Source: Waterburya sp.
Lineage (GTDB): Bacteria; Cyanobacteriota; Cyanobacteriia; Cyanobacteriales; Xenococcaceae
Length of the DNA stretch: 64,000 nt
Assembly: GCA_965217895.1 (NCBI GenBank)
Contig: CBDCJV010000002.1
Coordinates: 1,280,001 to 1,344,000 of the forward strand
Direction: 5' to 3'
Part shown: in pieces, positions 19,793 through 29,481 of the stretch
Layout: every line of letters begins with the position of its first letter
How positions within the stretch are numbered: position 1 is the first letter of the stretch
Made by a program: the position numbers and the translations under genes
The notes under the pieces: model-generated
What the model was told of the DNA's origin: nothing
Seen by the model: only the letters and a program-made list of their open reading frames with translations
The model's database searches: none

Positions 19793-19812
19793 TACTTTAC
19801 TTTGATTGCTAT

Positions 19813-20739
19813 TTAAACGGTTTGACTCACTTCTGAATGATGGTTTTGGTTTTGGTCTATAGGAGACATTAGAGCATGGAAAGGCTGATGCAGACTAATC
19901 AACTGCGCTAAAGTCTTTTTTATTTGAGTGCGAGGCACAATTGAATCAACAAAACCATGTTCTAATAAATATTCAGAAGTCTGAAACCCATCGGGAAGCT
20001 TTTCTCTTAAAGTTTGTTCAATGACTCGTTTTCCTGCAAAACCAATTCGTGCTTTAGGCTCGGCGAGAATAATATCCCCTAACATGGCAAAGCTAGCGGT
20101 TACACCACCGTAAGTAGGATCGCTTAGTATGGGAATGTAGAGTAATTTCGCCGTTTGATGGCGTTGTAAAGCTCCAGAAATCTTTGCCATTTGCATTAGG
20201 CTAAACATCCCTTCCTGCATTCTTGCTCCCCCAGAAGCGCAAATAATTACTACGGGAAATCCTTCGGCAGTAGCGTGTTCGATCAGACGACATAGCTTTT
20301 CTCCTACCACTGAACCTAAAGTGCCAGCCATGAAGCGAAAATCCATCACTCCCAAAGCTAAAGGCAAACCATCAATTAGTCCTGTTCCCGTCTTTACAGC
20401 CTCTGTTAGACCTGTTTTGGATTGATCGTCTTTCAATCTGGTGGAATAATCTTTGCGATCGCGAAATATTAGAGGATCGATTGGTCTAATATTTTCGTTT
20501 AAAGGTTTCCAGGTATTAGCATCGATCAATTGCTTGATCCTTTCGTCACTATCAACTCGATTGTGATAATCGCATTCAGGACAAACTAATTGATTAGCCT
20601 GTAAATCTTTTGTATATGCTACAGAACTACAAGCAGCACATTTTGTCCACAATCCATCAGCAATTTCTCTCTCTTGCTGCTTTTGCATCGGGGGGTCGAT
20701 TTTTCTGAGGTTGGCAAACCAATCAAATAAAGAAGACAT
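19813..20739 (-). CDS. accD: Acetyl-CoA carboxylase carboxyltransferase beta subunit
   Basis: GLWTKC..C..CPEC zinc finger, [27 protein letters not shown]. Confidence 0.97.
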   Translation of the reverse strand: MSSLFDWFANLRKIDPPMQKQQEREIADGLWTKCAACSSVAYTKDLQANQLVCPECDYHNRVDSDERIKQLIDANTWKPLNENIRPIDPLIFRDRKDYSTRLKDDQSKTGLTEAVKTGTGLIDGLPLALGVMDFRFMAGTLGSVVGEKLCRLIEHATAEGFPVVIICASGGARMQEGMFSLMQMAKISGALQRHQTAKLLYIPILSDPTYGGVTASFAMLGDIILAEPKARIGFAGKRVIEQTLREKLPDGFQTSEYLLEHGFVDSIVPRTQIKKTLAQLISLHQPFHALMSPIDQNQNHHSEVSQTV

Positions 20740-20762
20740 AATTTAAGTTTTTTTATAAAGTT

Positions 20763-20978
20763 TCAGCTTTCTGGATTATCTTCTGGAGGACTTAAAAGCA
20801 ATAAAGCTGTCCACTGATCTTTAGATCTTACCTGTAATGCTGCTTGACTTCCCTCTCCAAAATAAATACCCGCGCCAATATTAAGGACGCGACTAGGAAT
20901 ATCATAAGCAGTCAATATTTGCTGCATCAACTCTGCCTCCCAGCGAGCTTTAGTCGTCTTTAGTGTAATCCAAGACAC
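20763..20978 (-). CDS. Small conserved cyanobacterial protein (DUF2007-like)
   Basis: WITLKTT..RWEAELMQQIL..YDIP pattern; directly upstream of accD. Confidence 0.7.
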   Translation of the reverse strand: MSWITLKTTKARWEAELMQQILTAYDIPSRVLNIGAGIYFGEGSQAALQVRSKDQWTALLLLSPPEDNPES

Positions 20979-21182
20979 CGATCTATACTATTTTTTTTGA
21001 CTACTATTACTATAGTGTCTATTTATATACATTTTGTTTCGCGAGGTGACAAGAAACTCCAAGAGTAGACAAGCAGTTGGATGTAGCAGCGAAATGCTAA
21101 GAAAAAAAGGGTCAAGCTAATTCCTGCTGCGATCGCCATTCAGACAATTTTGATAATTAAAGGTTAAAGGTAATTATACAAA

Positions 21183-21296
21183 AAGCGATGTCTAAAGCGC
21201 GGGTGTGAAATATGCCTTTTAATTCAGAACATCGAGAAGCATTCCCTTCGGGGTCTTCTCTCATATCCGTGCAGCAAAGACCGCGCTGAATCGCTT
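21183..21296. repeat. Nested repeat composite apparently inserted into a HIP1 site
   Basis: Outer AAGCGAT...ATCGCTT; core CATCGAGAAGCATTCCCTTCGGGGTCTTCTCTCAT shared with 10484-10590. Confidence 0.75.
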
Positions 21297-21301
21297 AGCA
21301 G

Positions 21302-22306
21302 CTATCTTACAAACTGAGGCATAATTTCGGCAGCGGTAAATAAGCCAGCAATACCACGACGATTTAAGGCTATACCAGCTTTGAGATAACCAAAAGCTGG
21401 GCCACACACATTAGCTGCCATGCTAGTTTCATCTCCCAAGGTAAAAGTATGAGTAGATATTTTTCCTTCAAAAGTACGTCCTGTAACTTTGACATTAGTA
21501 CTTAGGGGTTTTTTGGGGTTACGAGTGTCTACCACCCCACCAACGGTAACCCGACTGCGATCGCATATTCCTGCTAACTCCAGCATGATATCGTCGGCGT
21601 GTTCCATATTTTCTAGGGAAATAATACCGTCAGTTTTATCTAATAACTGGGCAACTTCGCGATCGCTCATTGCTCTGGCTGTTTCGACATTGTATTCTGG
21701 CATATGAGCAATATCTTCCCTGATAGTTGCCCGATAAGCCTCCCAGTTAGCAATGCCGACCCCAAAGGTAATTTTAACGCTATGAACCTCAGCATAGCTT
21801 TGTGCTGCTACTGCTGCTGCTGCTGTTAATAATCCAGGAGTTGCACCACAGCCTGTTAAATACGTGATTCCCGCCTGTTGTAAATCAGATTGCAATTCTA
21901 ATAATTGTTCAACCGCGCTAGTGCGTTTAAGGGCATCTACCAAAACTCCTTGCCATCCTGAATTAATAAACTTCCTGGCAACATCTGCCATAAAAGTATT
22001 AGGTAGATTGGGCAAAGTTAAAAAGTAGCCGTCTACTCCCCTATTATGGGTGATTAGATCTTCAATACTATTGTTGCTTAGAGTCCCCCAATCATCTAGG
22101 TAACCCACAGAATGTCGGTTGTTATAGGTACAGATTGCTGTATTCAAATTTAATCCTTTAGGGTTGTAGGCATAGCCTTTTTGATCTGCTGCTGCTACTA
22201 GGGTCATCTCTCCTTTGGGGTCTAAGATCTTGGCTGCTGCCTGTCCTAAACCTCCGAAACCCATAACGCCAACTTTGATTGGATTAACTATTTTGTCGAT
22301 CATCAT
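21302..22306 (-). CDS. bioU: Dehydrogenase-fold biotin biosynthesis enzyme BioU
   Basis: [21 protein letters not shown] (reactive Lys), [34 protein letters not shown]; closely resembles Synechocystis Slr0355 from recall. Confidence 0.85.
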   Translation of the reverse strand: MMIDKIVNPIKVGVMGFGGLGQAAAKILDPKGEMTLVAAADQKGYAYNPKGLNLNTAICTYNNRHSVGYLDDWGTLSNNSIEDLITHNRGVDGYFLTLPNLPNTFMADVARKFINSGWQGVLVDALKRTSAVEQLLELQSDLQQAGITYLTGCGATPGLLTAAAAVAAQSYAEVHSVKITFGVGIANWEAYRATIREDIAHMPEYNVETARAMSDREVAQLLDKTDGIISLENMEHADDIMLELAGICDRSRVTVGGVVDTRNPKKPLSTNVKVTGRTFEGKISTHTFTLGDETSMAANVCGPAFGYLKAGIALNRRGIAGLFTAAEIMPQFVR

Positions 22307-22437
22307 TTCTAGCTCTAAGGTCTACACATAATAGATTTTATTATCCGAGCTTATTGCTCAAATTGCTCAAATTAAATAAATAAATTAAAAGATATTAGCC
22401 ACATTTAATTTTAATTGAGTAAGTACCAAACTTTTTA

Positions 22438-22480
22438 GTCACAGCAGGCTCCGCCCTAAACGAACGAAGCCTGCTGTGAC
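22438..22480. repeat. Hairpin repeat / possible terminator of the leftward Ter arm
   Basis: 13-bp stem GTCACAGCAGGCT / AGCCTGCTGTGAC; half copy CGAAGCCTGCTCTGACC at 3528-3544. Confidence 0.55.
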
Positions 22481-22508
22481 CGTTGGTCAAATTACTGACC
22501 GCTTAAGT

Positions 22509-23286
22509 CTAAGTTTTATATTTTCTAATAGCATGATTCATTAAGGTAATCTGTTCTCCATGAAATGATGGAGGCATCAAACTATGAACCCTATGATCGA
22601 GTCCATCGTGCATCACATCTGTATTTAAATCTGAGTGGTCTAATCCCAGAGTATGACCAATCTCATGAACAATGGTATTGGCAATCAAATTGGACAACTG
22701 ATTGATATTTAAATCTGCTACATAAGAAGCATTACAAATTTGGTCAATGCGTACTACTGCTAAATCTGTAACCTTTCCTAAACTAAAGCTGGCAAACCCC
22801 AGGTAATCAACCTCTAAATGATCGACTAAAACATAGACGTGGGTAAAATCTTCTTGCCATTCTCTAGCATCTGGAGGTTCAGTCGTTAGAAATACATTAA
22901 TGCTTCTAAAAGCACTAAACACCTTAGAAAAAGCATCTGCGAAAATTTTCATCCACACATCTTCCTCTTCACCCACAACATCTAAATTACAAACCTGTAC
23001 CCAAATACAATGACGCTTAGTTAGACTACTTTTGAGTTGACCGCCACAATGGGGGCAGATATTCCAGCTAGCTTGAACTAGACTACGACAAACCTGACAT
23101 TTAGGTTTGACGAGCGACCCCGCGTCGGCGCAAGACGCAAGACAAAGGCTTTAGCCGCATGTACGCGCTCGTCGTGACAGGACGAGTCAAATCAATTCTT
23201 GACCAAATAGGATGCTTAGATTCTGGTACAGATTTGAGTTTACGGCGATTGGGTCTAGTAAAATCTAGACGTTCATACAAGGACAT
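22509..23286 (-). pseudogene. Zinc-ribbon + metzincin (matrixin-like) metalloprotease, interrupted by a 67-bp insertion
   Basis: Removing 23109-23175 gives one 236-aa ORF: ..DLTRPVKPKCQVC..NICPHCG..HEIGHTLGLDH..DVMH. Confidence 0.85.
23109..23175. mobile_element. 67-bp composite hairpin insertion (small dispersed repeat type)
   Basis: Inverted termini GACGAGCG / CGCTCGTC; internal modules repeated elsewhere in the window; removal restores the reading frame. Confidence 0.85.
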
Positions 23287-23288
23287 AT

Positions 23289-23894
23289 TTATTTAGACCC
23301 TGCTTGCCATTGAAAGCCGAATTTATAGTATTTATCAGCAGGTTGATGTCCTTGAAAATATCTTTCCTCTTTAATGATGCTGACTTGTGAGCCAATATTG
23401 CTAATCATTGCAGCAGCACATAAAGGACAATTGCGATCGGGATTATTTAGTTTAATGTGAACTTGTTCACCGTTACTAATTTGGAAAGTCATCCGACCAT
23501 CAACAGACTGAAAATCTTTGGCACCTTGATAAATTAGAGCAAAGAACATTATCCGTTTGATCATTTCTGGACGATAAATAGTCATATTTTCGCCATCTTG
23601 AGCTGCACCAGTGCGATCGTCTTTATCTAAAAAGATATAGGGAGATTTATTTTTTGCTCCAAAGTTACCACCCAAAGGCTGAATCACGCCTTTTTGACCA
23701 TCAACTGTTTCATACATACAGCCTAAATCGAGATCGGGAGCATTATTTCCCATTAGCTTGGAGAAAAAACCTGCATTTTGCTGAGGTTTCTGACTCCAGT
23801 TGAGGTTAACCTTGACAGTTAGCTGTTGAGAAGCATCATTTTTGCTCAGGTTAATTTTATGGGAATCGCCTTTTTTTTCTAGAGTAATTGACAT
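23289..23894 (-). CDS. TerD-family stress protein (TerA C-terminal-like)
   Basis: VNLNW, DLDLGCMYE, KGVIQPLG, SPYIFLDKDDRTG..DGEN. Confidence 0.8.
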   Translation of the reverse strand: MSITLEKKGDSHKINLSKNDASQQLTVKVNLNWSQKPQQNAGFFSKLMGNNAPDLDLGCMYETVDGQKGVIQPLGGNFGAKNKSPYIFLDKDDRTGAAQDGENMTIYRPEMIKRIMFFALIYQGAKDFQSVDGRMTFQISNGEQVHIKLNNPDRNCPLCAAAMISNIGSQVSIIKEERYFQGHQPADKYYKFGFQWQAGSK

Positions 23895-23993
23895 AATAGA
23901 TCTCTTGAGATTTTTAAATGAGTAAAGTTAATAAGATCAGAAAGAGGTAATAAGTATAGTTACCATCAAAAGTATCAGGACATGATTTTAGAT

Positions 23994-24017
23994 GTAGGGG
24001 CGAATGGTATTCGCCCT
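23994..24017. repeat. REP-like palindrome
   Basis: GTAGGGGCGAATGGTATTCGCCC. Confidence 0.65.
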
Positions 24018-24026
24018 CAAAATATT

Positions 24027-24629
24027 TTAAGAATAAGTAGCAGCAATATCTTTTAGACCTTCGACTTTCAAGCCATTACCAATAGCTGCCATTTTCCATT
24101 CATCATCATGGCGGTAAATCTCAGCTAAGGTCATACCTGTCATTCCTGCATAACTGTTACCAGATAGCTCGTAACGGGCTAACTCTCTATTATTGGCGCG
24201 ATTAACTAAACGCACAAAAGCATTTTCTATTTGACTAAAATCTTGCTTTCGTTGAATGCAGTCATAGATATTGACTACAAAAACCAATCGAGAAATTCTT
24301 TGAGGAATTTTTGGTAGATCGACAATAATCACTTCATCATCGCCATCTCCTGCACCAGTTAAGTTATCTCCCTGGTGAATAATTGACCCTGATTGATGCT
24401 CAAGATTACCAAAGTAAACAATGTCTTTGATATCGGTGATTCTTTTATCGCTATCAAGACATAATACCGATGCGTCTAAGTCAAAATCTTGACTGCCACC
24501 AAAAGCACCAAAGAATCCGCCACCAGATTTTTTAGCTACGTCCCAACCTAAACCACAGGTAATTTGGGTTAAGCCTGGGGCTTCTTTTGATAAAGAAATA
24601 CGTTGTCCTTTTTGGAGTGTAATAGTCAT
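24027..24629 (-). CDS. TerD-family protein (TerZ-like)
   Basis: LQKGQRISLSK, GLGWD, FDLDAS, HQGDNLTGAGDGDDE, NAFVRLV. Confidence 0.9.
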   Translation of the reverse strand: MTITLQKGQRISLSKEAPGLTQITCGLGWDVAKKSGGGFFGAFGGSQDFDLDASVLCLDSDKRITDIKDIVYFGNLEHQSGSIIHQGDNLTGAGDGDDEVIIVDLPKIPQRISRLVFVVNIYDCIQRKQDFSQIENAFVRLVNRANNRELARYELSGNSYAGMTGMTLAEIYRHDDEWKMAAIGNGLKVEGLKDIAATYS

Positions 24630-24642
24630 CTTTTTATTCTCC

Positions 24643-25221
24643 TCAACCTTGGTAACGGTTTAATAATGCCTGTAAACCACCTTGATATCCTGCACCTACG
24701 GCGTTAACACGCCATTCACCATCTTTACGGTAAAGTTCTGCCATGACCATTGCAGTTTCAACCGAACAGTCTTCAGTTAGGTCATATCGAGCAGCTTCTT
24801 GATTAGTCTGAGCGTTTACAATACGGACAAAAGCATTGTCCACTTGACCAAAATTTTGACTACGTTGTTCAGCTTCATGGATAGTTACTACCACCACAAT
24901 TTTTTGTACATCACTGGGTACTTTTTTGAGGTTGACCTTAACAACCTCGTCATCACCATCACCGTCTCCAGTTAAGTTGTCTCCAGTATGTTCTACGGAT
25001 TTATCAGGATCGGGACTAGTTAGATTGTTATAGAAAATAAAGTGATTATCAGAAATCAATTTTTCATTACTTCCTAAAAGAAATAGTGAGGCATCAAGGT
25101 CAAAATCAAAACCTCCATCAGTGGCTTTAGTATCCCAACCCAAACCAATAAATATTTCAGTCAATCCTGGGGCTACTTTTTCAAGAGATACACGTTGTCC
25201 TTTAGCTAGAGAAACTACCAT
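24643..25221 (-). CDS. terD: TerD/TerE-family protein
   Basis: GLGWD, FDLDAS, FIFYNNL, HTGDNLTGDGDGDDE, QNFGQV.NAFVR, AELYR..GEW. Confidence 0.9.
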   Translation of the reverse strand: MVVSLAKGQRVSLEKVAPGLTEIFIGLGWDTKATDGGFDFDLDASLFLLGSNEKLISDNHFIFYNNLTSPDPDKSVEHTGDNLTGDGDGDDEVVKVNLKKVPSDVQKIVVVVTIHEAEQRSQNFGQVDNAFVRIVNAQTNQEAARYDLTEDCSVETAMVMAELYRKDGEWRVNAVGAGYQGGLQALLNRYQG

Positions 25222-25305
25222 TTTTCAAAACTCCTTTGATAATTAAAAATGTTCTAGGTTTATTAGTTGTAACGAAGTAAAATCGATTGTCTTTAAAACT
25301 CAGTA

Positions 25306-25959
25306 TTAAGGATTGACCTGAGATTTTAACTCATGTTGCTTAGTAAACCCGAAAGCAAAAATGCCAAAGATCATTGCCACTTCTACAAGTTCGGGAACGA
25401 CTAATGCGGGATTAATGATTTCTGCTAATAGCTTGGTTGCAACTAGACAAATTGCCAAATATCCAGAAAGTTCTAAATAAACAAATTTTTCCATCCAAAC
25501 TTGAAATAAATCAGCTAGAAAACGTAGAGCAAAAACGCCAATACCGCAGCCGATAATGATAACTATAAAGCGATCGCTAATTGCTACTGCTGCCGAAATA
25601 CTATCCAATGAAAATGCTAAATCGGTAAAAACTACTGCTGCGATCGCTGACATTAAACTAGTCTTTGGTTTTAATTCTTCCTCTGAAGACAAATTTAAAA
25701 AGTAAGTAAAGACTAAATAAAATAAATAGGCTGCTGCAACAAGTTTAAGTTGCCAATAACGAATAATCCAAGTAGCGCAAAATAGCAATCCAATTCTAAA
25801 TATATAGGACAATATCATTCCTATATCTAGGGCAATCTTTCTATCTTTACTATTTAATCCTTCGGTAATTGATGTTAATGCTACTGCATTGTCTAAAGAT
25901 AGTGTGATTTCAAAAAAAGAAAGCGTAACGATCAACAGTATTGTATTTAATATTTCCAT
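25306..25959 (-). CDS. terC: TerC family membrane protein
   Basis: EITLSLDNAV, DLAFSLDSISAAVA, multiple TM helices. Confidence 0.9.
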   Translation of the reverse strand: MEILNTILLIVTLSFFEITLSLDNAVALTSITEGLNSKDRKIALDIGMILSYIFRIGLLFCATWIIRYWQLKLVAAAYLFYLVFTYFLNLSSEEELKPKTSLMSAIAAVVFTDLAFSLDSISAAVAISDRFIVIIIGCGIGVFALRFLADLFQVWMEKFVYLELSGYLAICLVATKLLAEIINPALVVPELVEVAMIFGIFAFGFTKQHELKSQVNP

Positions 25960-26131
25960 GTTAGTAATCTTTGTAATTTATTTACGTTTTAATATATCTG
26001 TAGTTAATTTAGTTTGTGTGTGATCTAATCCAGATGTAAAAGGTGACAGTATCTCTTGATTATATTTTTTTGATAATTTAGATAAATATTTATAATCCAA
26101 AGAATAGTGAGATAGAACGATAGCCTTTAGA

Positions 26132-26174
26132 TATTTATACATATATTATATTTTTATTAATATATGTATAAATA
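26132..26174. promoter_or_regulatory. Perfect 17-bp inverted repeat in the divergent Ter promoter region
   Basis: TATTTATACATATATTA - N9 - TAATATATGTATAAATA. Confidence 0.6.
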
Positions 26175-26293
26175 CGCATAAGGTACTGCTTGGATTTATA
26201 TTTACGTGTTTTTTCGGTTAGCTTTTCTCATGTATAAAGTTAGTTTTTATTAGCCTATTTTTAATTTACAAAAGCGCAAAAGCTATTATATGT

Positions 26294-26899
26294 ATGATTA
26301 ATCTAGAAGATCATATTTATCATCTGAATCGCCGAAATAATCCACACCGAAAAACTGCTGTCAGCTTCTCTTTCTTGGGTAAAATAAATCCAATTAATCA
26401 GCAAGAATTACAGATAGGCAAACAATATTTAAAGAAGTTGCTAATTGAATCTCAAAAACAAATTCCTATCTCAGAAGCTCCTCTTATTATTGGTTTAGCT
26501 GAATCAGGAATTGTTCCCTCAGCTTTAATGCACCAAGTTGCTAGAGAATGGGATATTCAAGCTCGCTGGCTTTGTTCGACTCGCAGAGAGGTTGCTGGCG
26601 TTCATTTTAGCGAAAGTCATTCTCATCAACCCGACCATGTTCTGCCGTTATATCAACATCAGCCGACTGAAATTTGGTTTGTAGAAGACGAAATTACCAC
26701 GGGAAAAACTATCCTCAACCTGATCTTAAAACTCTGTCCGCTTTTAAAAGTAAACTCGATTCGGTTATTTGCTTTTCTAGACAGCCGCACTCCAGAAGAA
26801 ACCGCTCATTTTCAGAGTACTTTGACTCAACATCATATCCGCTTTTGTACTCAATCTTTGCTTCAAAGTGAAAAAAAAGTAGGGACACATTTGAATTAA
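26294..26899 (+). CDS. Ter-associated phosphoribosyltransferase, N-terminal part of a probable PRTase-TRSP fusion
   Basis: RRNNPHR..S..LGK, IIGLAESG, STR, FSESHSH, VEDEITTGKT PRPP-binding loop. Confidence 0.8.
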   Translation: MINLEDHIYHLNRRNNPHRKTAVSFSFLGKINPINQQELQIGKQYLKKLLIESQKQIPISEAPLIIGLAESGIVPSALMHQVAREWDIQARWLCSTRREVAGVHFSESHSHQPDHVLPLYQHQPTEIWFVEDEITTGKTILNLILKLCPLLKVNSIRLFAFLDSRTPEETAHFQSTLTQHHIRFCTQSLLQSEKKVGTHLN

Positions 26900-26922
26900 A
26901 GACTACAGATACTAAGTCTTAT

Positions 26923-27378
26923 TTGTGCCAAGAGCAAGGCATCAGTAAAACTGTCAACTCGCAAATTAATTACCACAGTTGTGACTGGCATTGTCCAGAA
27001 CAAAGAGCAGCTTTGAATGCCCAACTAAATTTAATTTCAAACTTGCCAACTCACTTAACAGGATGCTTGTTAGCAGTTGGCGAAGTTATGGATCTTGCTC
27101 TTAGATTGCTCCAGGTTAATCCAGGCTTATTAATGCAGCACGTTACTTTAAGTCCTTGGAAAATAGATCGAGTCAAAATTTTTAATTATTTGGAGGCGAA
27201 CAAGTATCACATTTACAACTATAAACAACTGCGATCGCATATATATATTCTCAGCGATCCTTTAGATCGAGATGTTGAATGGAAAATCACAGAGCTTTTA
27301 GAGCAACAAGGTTTAACAGTTAAAAGTCTATCCTTAGATCCAGTCCATACCGAAAATCAATATGCTGCTATCAAATAA
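26923..27378 (+). CDS. TRSP-like C-terminal domain, in the -1 frame relative to the PRTase
   Basis: LLAVGEVM, QHVTLSPW, HIYNY motifs; frame is open back to the A8 run at 26871-26878; only a TTG start. Confidence 0.6.
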   Translation: MCQEQGISKTVNSQINYHSCDWHCPEQRAALNAQLNLISNLPTHLTGCLLAVGEVMDLALRLLQVNPGLLMQHVTLSPWKIDRVKIFNYLEANKYHIYNYKQLRSHIYILSDPLDRDVEWKITELLEQQGLTVKSLSLDPVHTENQYAAIK

Positions 27379-28348
27379 ACTTGAACGCAAAAATTTATGG
27401 AATCAGCCAGTTTATGCCAAGTTTCTTCCTGAAGTCGATCCCTATAAAGATCTACATCTTTTTCGTCCCCTCAATCGAGCCTATGATGGCAACAATACTT
27501 TTTGGCAGCTTCCTTCCCCAGAACCAAAACTTAACTGCGACTTTTGGCGGTTAGTCAAAGCAGAATTAAATAATGCTGCTATTAGGCAGGCAGCTTCTCG
27601 GCTAGCAGGTGCTATTTCCCGTTGGCAGAAAGACAATAATAAGCTCTTATTTGTAGCTATTCTTCGGGCTGGAGTTCCTATTGCTGATTGGCTTAGTCAA
27701 CTGCTTCCAGGTTCAGTGTCTGTATCTATTTCTTTATTTGCAGGATTGGGAATTGACAAGATGGCATTACAGAGTTTGCAGTCAGCTTATCCAGAGCGCA
27801 AAATAGTCTTTGTCGATGGTTGGACTGGAAGGGGTGGAGTCGCTAGCGAACTAGCTAAACTACAGCTTGCTCCATCAGCCGTTTTAATAGATCCTTGGGG
27901 TTGGGCTGATTTCTCTGGTAGCTCAGAAGATCTTTTTTGTCCTACTGCTTGTTTTACTGGCGTAGCTACGCTGGGTTTTTCCCGAACTTTTTATATAGAC
28001 GATCGCAGTTGTTTTGCAGCTTATTTGTTTCCGACTCAATATTTACGTCCTGAGTTAGTTCAAGCTTGGCGGAATGTTTGTCCTAATAAGCTTTTAAACC
28101 CTGTTATTCCTCGACCGAGGTTTTTTGTCTCTACTGATTTAAGAGTTCATAGTAATGAAGTTTGCCGTGCCTTGATCAATGCTAACCCTGACACAATTTA
28201 CTTTGCTAAAAGCTTAGAATACGTTCGAGAACACTACAGCCTTTTATTGACGTTAGCTCAACTGCGTCAAATTAAGATAGTTTTTGATTTTAGCAGTTTA
28301 AAAGATTATCAAACTCAAGTTGCTTGCTCATTAACATCTCTTTCCTAA
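27362..28348 (+). CDS. Ter-associated StiP-like / PELOTA-domain protein
   Basis: VAILRAGVP, FVDGWTGRG, DPWG..SGSSED, GFSRT, NEVCRAL; gene order PRTase-TRSP-this-HAD. Confidence 0.75.
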   Translation: MLLSNKLERKNLWNQPVYAKFLPEVDPYKDLHLFRPLNRAYDGNNTFWQLPSPEPKLNCDFWRLVKAELNNAAIRQAASRLAGAISRWQKDNNKLLFVAILRAGVPIADWLSQLLPGSVSVSISLFAGLGIDKMALQSLQSAYPERKIVFVDGWTGRGGVASELAKLQLAPSAVLIDPWGWADFSGSSEDLFCPTACFTGVATLGFSRTFYIDDRSCFAAYLFPTQYLRPELVQAWRNVCPNKLLNPVIPRPRFFVSTDLRVHSNEVCRALINANPDTIYFAKSLEYVREHYSLLLTLAQLRQIKIVFDFSSLKDYQTQVACSLTSLS

Positions 28349-28349
28349 T

Positions 28350-29081
28350 ATGATTCAAGAAGTTTTAGCAGTCGATTTAGATGGTACGCTGCTACATCCA
28401 GAACCAGAAGCGATCGCCGTATGGGGTCGAACTCGTTATCAATACCTTAGTCAAACCGCAGCCAATAAGCTAGCTGAGATTAGCCAAGTTTTACCTGTGG
28501 TTATTGCTACTGCTCGTCATGCTCAAACTGTTAAAAGCTTAGTCGATCAATTACCTATAACTCATTTCTTCGGTTTTGTCTTAGAAAATGGACTGGTTGT
28601 CAAAAAAAATCTTAATCAACCATCAGTTGTTAATTATAGCTTCGAGACAATAGCACAATTGTTGCCAGAATGGTCGAGAATTGAAGGCTATGAGAATTGC
28701 CTTGGTTTAATCCCTCCTTCTTCAATTGAAAATCCAAAAGAGGAGGTTGAGCAAATAATCTCTAATTTGCAAATTCAAGCTTATGTTTATTTAGATGGAC
28801 ACAAGTTATTTGTCTATCCAGCAATGCCAAGTAAGCTAGCAGGATTAAGGGCTTTAGATTGCTTTCCTATATTGGCGATGGGAAATGATTGGAACGATTT
28901 GGATATGTTGAGAGCAAGTTCTTGTCCTCTAACAGTTAGTAATGCTCATGTAAAAGTTCAGGCTTTGATAAACGACAATCGAGGATATTGTTCGCCACTT
29001 GTTTCCCATGCTGCAGCTGAAGACATACTTAAGCAAGCAATATTCAGGTTAAATAATTCTGAAAAATGTCTTAGGTTGTAG
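28350..29081 (+). CDS. HAD-superfamily phosphatase (Cof-like)
   Basis: DLDGTLL, ATAR, ENG, SK, GNDWNDLDML. Confidence 0.88.
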   Translation: MIQEVLAVDLDGTLLHPEPEAIAVWGRTRYQYLSQTAANKLAEISQVLPVVIATARHAQTVKSLVDQLPITHFFGFVLENGLVVKKNLNQPSVVNYSFETIAQLLPEWSRIEGYENCLGLIPPSSIENPKEEVEQIISNLQIQAYVYLDGHKLFVYPAMPSKLAGLRALDCFPILAMGNDWNDLDMLRASSCPLTVSNAHVKVQALINDNRGYCSPLVSHAAAEDILKQAIFRLNNSEKCLRL

Positions 29082-29481
29082 ACTAGGGCGTTTGCGTAGT
29101 AAGTGGGTTTTCAGGAGTTTTAGATGAACTATAAGTTTAAATTATCCCACACCGAATCTACTGCTTTGAATCCTAGCTATTATTTAGTTCGCTCTACTGA
29201 GATTAGTTTGTTGATTCTAGGGGATTATTGTATCTTTTTGTTAATAAAATATTTTTTTTCCATCTCTTGCTCTTGACTCAGGACTTGGTTTGCGGAAAAC
29301 TTAAAATATGCAATAGTAGTTAAACTAGTTATTATTAAGTTTTGATAAGATTCCCATAGTATTTAGGTAATTGCTCAAAATATCTATATAAAGAGCGATA
29401 TAACAAAAAATAGTGGCTCTGTAAACTATTTATTAGTTTTTAACAGTTGTAGCTTGATGCTAAGTAGGCGATCGCAAATAC

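Noticed and set aside
23101..23286. 61-aa ORF as a stand-alone gene
   Set aside because: It is the 5' end of the interrupted metalloprotease; its C-terminal part is read from the insertion
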